24,000 bases of DNA from positions 1-24,000 of the forward strand of contig CAYODS010000006.1 of NCBI GenBank assembly GCA_964402765.1, given 5' to 3'. Both the position numbers and the translations under genes were made by a program. How positions within the stretch are numbered: position 1 is the stretch's first letter; the number at the start of each line of letters is the position of its first letter. The notes beneath the pieces are model-generated. The model had not been told where the DNA came from and did no database searches. It saw only the letters and a list, made by a program, of their open reading frames with translations. This document shows positions 21,175 to 24,000 of the stretch, piece by piece. This stretch comes from an uncultured Halobacteriales archaeon (GTDB taxonomy: Archaea > Halobacteriota > Halobacteria > Halobacteriales > SW-7-71-33).

Positions 21175-21989
21175 TGACGGTCGAGGAGTCCAGCCCGCCC
21201 ACGCCGGGCCTGCCGCTCGGTCTCGGCACCGGGAAGGTGGACGACCGCGAGGTCTGTATCGACGCCGTCCGGTCGGCACTCGATCTCGGCTACCGCCACG
21301 TCGACACCGCACAGGGCTACGAGAACGAGGCCGACGTCGGCACGGCGCTGGAGCGGGCGAACGTCGCCCGCGAGGCGGTGACGCTGGCGACGAAGGTGCT
21401 CCAGCACAACCTCGCGCACGACGAGGTGCTCCGGACCGTCGAGCGGTCGCTGGAGCGGCTCCGGGTCGACGCCGTCGACGTGCTGTACGTCCACTGGCCC
21501 ACCCACGACTACGACCCCGAGGCCACGTTGGCCGCCCTCGACGACCTGTACGACCGCGAACGCGCGGACCGGATCGGCGTCTGTAACTTCACCCAGGACC
21601 AGCTCGTTCGGGCGCGGGACCTGCTCGACGCTCCCCTGTCGGTGTACCAGGTCGAGCACCACCCGCTGTTTCGGCCCACCGACGTCGTGGAGTACTGCCA
21701 CGAGGCCGGGATCGACGTCGTGGGCTACTCGCCGCTGGCGGACGGGCGGGCCATCGAGGAGCCCGTGATCGAGCGGGTCGCCGCCGACCGCGACGCCACC
21801 CCCGCGCAGGTGTGTCTCGCCTGGTCGCTGGCCCACGGGGTGACGCCGATCCCCAAGAGCACCGGCGACCACCTCGCGGAGAACCTCGCCGCGACCCAGC
21901 TGACCCTGACCGAGGCAGAGGTGGCCGCCGTCGACGGGATCGGGCGGAGCGAGCGGGTGTACGACCCGGCGTGGGCGCCGTGGAACTGA
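21174..21989 (+). CDS. Aldo/keto reductase (short, 2,5-diketo-D-gluconate reductase-like type)
   Basis: The ATG overlaps the upstream stop codon (TGATG at 21172-21176). N-terminus: [46 protein letters not shown]. Other matches: VDVLYVHWP, GVCNF, EHHP, YSPLA, IPKS. The long upstream extension of ORF 19176-21989 is a GC artefact. Confidence 0.85.
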   Translation: MTVEESSPPTPGLPLGLGTGKVDDREVCIDAVRSALDLGYRHVDTAQGYENEADVGTALERANVAREAVTLATKVLQHNLAHDEVLRTVERSLERLRVDAVDVLYVHWPTHDYDPEATLAALDDLYDRERADRIGVCNFTQDQLVRARDLLDAPLSVYQVEHHPLFRPTDVVEYCHEAGIDVVGYSPLADGRAIEEPVIERVAADRDATPAQVCLAWSLAHGVTPIPKSTGDHLAENLAATQLTLTEAEVAAVDGIGRSERVYDPAWAPWN

Positions 21990-22070
21990 CGGGGCGGACC
22001 CACCCGGGTCGGACGGAGCGCCGACTGCCACGCGCCGACGGCAGGGGCAAACCCGACCGCCACCAGGGCT

Positions 22071-22078
22071 GGTTTACC
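22071..22078 (+). promoter_or_regulatory. TATA-like box (GGTTTACC) for the MFS gene
   Basis: Centred 27 nt upstream of GTG 22102, which supports that start and a leaderless mRNA. Confidence 0.4.
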
Positions 22079-22101
22079 CCCCGGGACCGTACGGGAGGGC
22101 A

Positions 22102-23490
22102 GTGAGCGGGCGGGACGACACCGGGGCGGCGACGCGGACCGACAGCGGTGCCGCCGGCCCGGACGCCCGCGAGGGACGGGACACCACCCGCCTCCAGCAG
22201 GGCGTCATCGCGCTGGCCGGCACGACGCGGTTCGCGGCGGGCATCATGATGGGGACGGCGATGGCAGTCTACGTCGGCCGCGAGGGCTCGGAGTTCGCCG
22301 TGAGCATGGTGCTGACGGCGTACTTCCTCGGGATGACGGTGTTCGCGCCGGTGTGGGGTGCCGTCGCGGACGTGACCGGCCGGCGTCGCGCCGTGATGGT
22401 CGGGACCGGTCTCGCCGCGACCGTCGCGGTGCTGCCGCTGACCGTCGTCGAGGGGGTCTGGGGGCCGATCGGTCTGCGGGCGCTGTACGCCGTCGTCGCC
22501 GTCGGCTTCCAGCCCGTGATGCTGGCCGTCGTCAGCGACCTCGGCGGCGACGAGGCCCGCGGGCGGTCGCTGGGCTTCTTCAACTCCGCCCGCGGGGTGG
22601 GGTTCGCGGGCGGCCAGGTCGGCGCCGGGGTGCTGCTGGGACTGGTCGCGCCGGCGGGGTTGTACCTCGCCATCGCCGCGCTGAGTCTCGTCTCGACGCT
22701 GGCGGCGGCACTCGTCACCGACCCCTCGCCGACGCCCGAGCGCGCCCCCTCGCTGGGGGCGGTCGTCGCGGAGATCCGCCGACGACTGCTGCCGGCGACC
22801 GAGGACCGCGAGCACCTCCGGACGAACGGATTGCGGTGGCTGTACGTCGCGCTGGCGCTGCGGAACATGACGGTGCTGGGCGTGATGAGTCTGCTGCCGG
22901 TGTACCTCACCGAGACGGTGCTCGCGGGCGGGGTGGACCTTCTGGGGACGGTCCTCGCCGCCGAACTCGTGATGGGCGTCCTGCTGGCGGTGAACCCCAC
23001 CGGACAGAGCGTGTTCATGTACCTGTTCGGCCGCGTGGCCGACTCCTCGGGCCGGAAGCCACTCGTCGTCGCCGGGATGGCCGGGTCGGGCGCCTTCGCG
23101 CTGATCGAGGCGGTGGCCGTCGCCCCGGCGGGACTGTGGCCCAAGGTGGGTCTCGCCGCCGTCGGCATGGTCGTCATCGCCGCCTCCTTCTCCGCGATGA
23201 CCACCGGCGCCCTGGCGTTCATCGGCGACGTGGCACCCCCCGACCGGCGCTCGGAGCTGATGGGACTGCGCTCGACGGCAAAGGGCGTCGGCGGCGTCGT
23301 CGGCCCGCCCATCGTCGGCGGCGTCGCCACCGTCGCCGGTATCCAGGCCGCCTTCGCCGCCGGGAGCGTGCTCGCCTTTCTCGCCGCCGCCCTCGTCGCC
23401 CGGGCGCTCGTCGAGTCCCGCCCCGGCGGCGAGCGCCCGGCAACCGAGCGTGACCCCGGACAGGCGCCGGCGACTGCCGACGACGACTGA
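22102..23490 (+). CDS. MFS transporter
   Basis: 462 aa with about 12 hydrophobic segments. MFS loop 2-3 motif: WGAVADVTGRRRAVMV. Second-half analogue: FGRVADSSGRKPLVV. Substrate unknown. Confidence 0.8.
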   Translation: MSGRDDTGAATRTDSGAAGPDAREGRDTTRLQQGVIALAGTTRFAAGIMMGTAMAVYVGREGSEFAVSMVLTAYFLGMTVFAPVWGAVADVTGRRRAVMVGTGLAATVAVLPLTVVEGVWGPIGLRALYAVVAVGFQPVMLAVVSDLGGDEARGRSLGFFNSARGVGFAGGQVGAGVLLGLVAPAGLYLAIAALSLVSTLAAALVTDPSPTPERAPSLGAVVAEIRRRLLPATEDREHLRTNGLRWLYVALALRNMTVLGVMSLLPVYLTETVLAGGVDLLGTVLAAELVMGVLLAVNPTGQSVFMYLFGRVADSSGRKPLVVAGMAGSGAFALIEAVAVAPAGLWPKVGLAAVGMVVIAASFSAMTTGALAFIGDVAPPDRRSELMGLRSTAKGVGGVVGPPIVGGVATVAGIQAAFAAGSVLAFLAAALVARALVESRPGGERPATERDPGQAPATADDD

Positions 23491-23493
23491 CGC

Positions 23494-23514
23494 ACGGCGG
23501 GCACGGCCCGCCGT
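23494..23514. other. Perfect 9-bp-stem/3-nt-loop inverted repeat between convergent genes
   Basis: ACGGCGGGC-acg-GCCCGCCGT, lying between the MFS stop codon (23490) and the crotonase stop codon (23523). Confidence 0.6.
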
Positions 23515-23522
23515 CCACTGGG

Positions 23523-24000
23523 TCAGCGTCCCTCGAAGGTGGGCTCCTCGTCGCTCCCGAACGCCGCCAGACCGGCCGCGTAGTCGTCGGTGCGGGTCAG
23601 CCGTGTGATGGCGTCGGTCTCGGCGGCCAATTGCCCGGGTAGCGTGCGGGCGAGACTCCGGTCGAGCAGGCGCTTCGTCGCCGCGTGCGCCCTGGTCGGG
23701 CCCCCGGCGAGACGGGCGGCCACCTCGGCGGTCCGCTCGTCCAGCTCCGCCGCGGGGACGACCTCCGTGGCGAGTCCGTCCGCGACCGCCGTCTCGGGGT
23801 CGATCGGCTCGTCCAGCAGGGCGATCTCCCGGGCGCGGCGCCGCCCGACCAGTCGCGGCAGGAAGAACGTCGACCCGCCGTCGCCGGAGACGCCGAGACG
23901 GGTGTAGGCGTACTCCAGTCGCGCCGCCTCGCTCACGAGCACCACGTCGCCCGCGAGCGCCAGGCCGAACCCGCCGCCGGCGGCGACCCCGTTCACCGCC
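23523..24000 (-). CDS. Enoyl-CoA hydratase/isomerase (crotonase fold), C-terminal part; the 5' end lies outside the window
   Basis: The reading frame is open to the window edge. NGVAAGGGFGLALAGDVVLVSEAARLEYAYTRLGVSGDGGSTFFLPRLVG contains the crotonase oxyanion-hole region. A helical tail follows. Confidence 0.8.
   Translation of the reverse strand, partial: AVNGVAAGGGFGLALAGDVVLVSEAARLEYAYTRLGVSGDGGSTFFLPRLVGRRRAREIALLDEPIDPETAVADGLATEVVPAAELDERTAEVAARLAGGPTRAHAATKRLLDRSLARTLPGQLAAETDAITRLTRTDDYAAGLAAFGSDEEPTFEGR

Noticed and set aside
19003-21312. 769-aa minus-strand ORF, and the 5' two-thirds of the 937-aa plus-strand ORF 19176-21989.
   Set aside because: Both are Arg/Pro-rich and overlap the well-supported 2-hydroxyacid dehydrogenase and aldo/keto reductase frames. 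Only the last 271 codons of 19176-21989 (from ATG 21174) have an AKR signature.

Overview
Haloarchaeal-type chromosome segment. It is very GC-rich with strong GC3 bias and encodes acidic proteins. It carries Top6A, CofD and an archaeal-type Asd, and TATA-like boxes sit about 27 nt upstream of several start codons, which implies leaderless mRNAs. I call 18 protein-coding genes. I found no rRNA, tRNA, CRISPR array, transposase or integrase. The ordinary genes are top6A (3' fragment), an MBL-fold hydrolase, cofD with a Dus-like TIM-barrel gene, a CitG-like/DUF447-like pair, asd, a 2-hydroxyacid dehydrogenase, two translationally coupled aldo/keto reductases, an MFS transporter and a crotonase-fold fragment. 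The unusual content lies in 308-16131. Four paralogous minus-strand genes (P1-P4, 726-766 aa) each combine an archaeal class III (type IV prepilin-like) signal, a conserved Cys-containing N-domain, a von Willebrand A (vWA) domain with full MIDAS residues, and a conserved Cys-containing C-domain. In P4 the vWA domain is replaced by an unrelated segment. Each gene has its own AT-rich promoter island, and the four are interspersed with housekeeping genes. No pilus ATPase, platform protein or prepilin peptidase gene is in the window. Next to P1 are a small membrane-anchored pilin-domain-like protein and a 1092-aa fusion of a winged-HTH regulator, a P-loop NTPase and TPR repeats (a STAND/AfsR-like architecture). 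A 65/68-bp tandem duplication copies the 3' end of P3. P3 is compositionally distinct (Lys-rich, visibly lower GC). P2 and P3 share a 34-nt identical tract. All functional calls are motif recognition by eye; no database or HMM search was possible.
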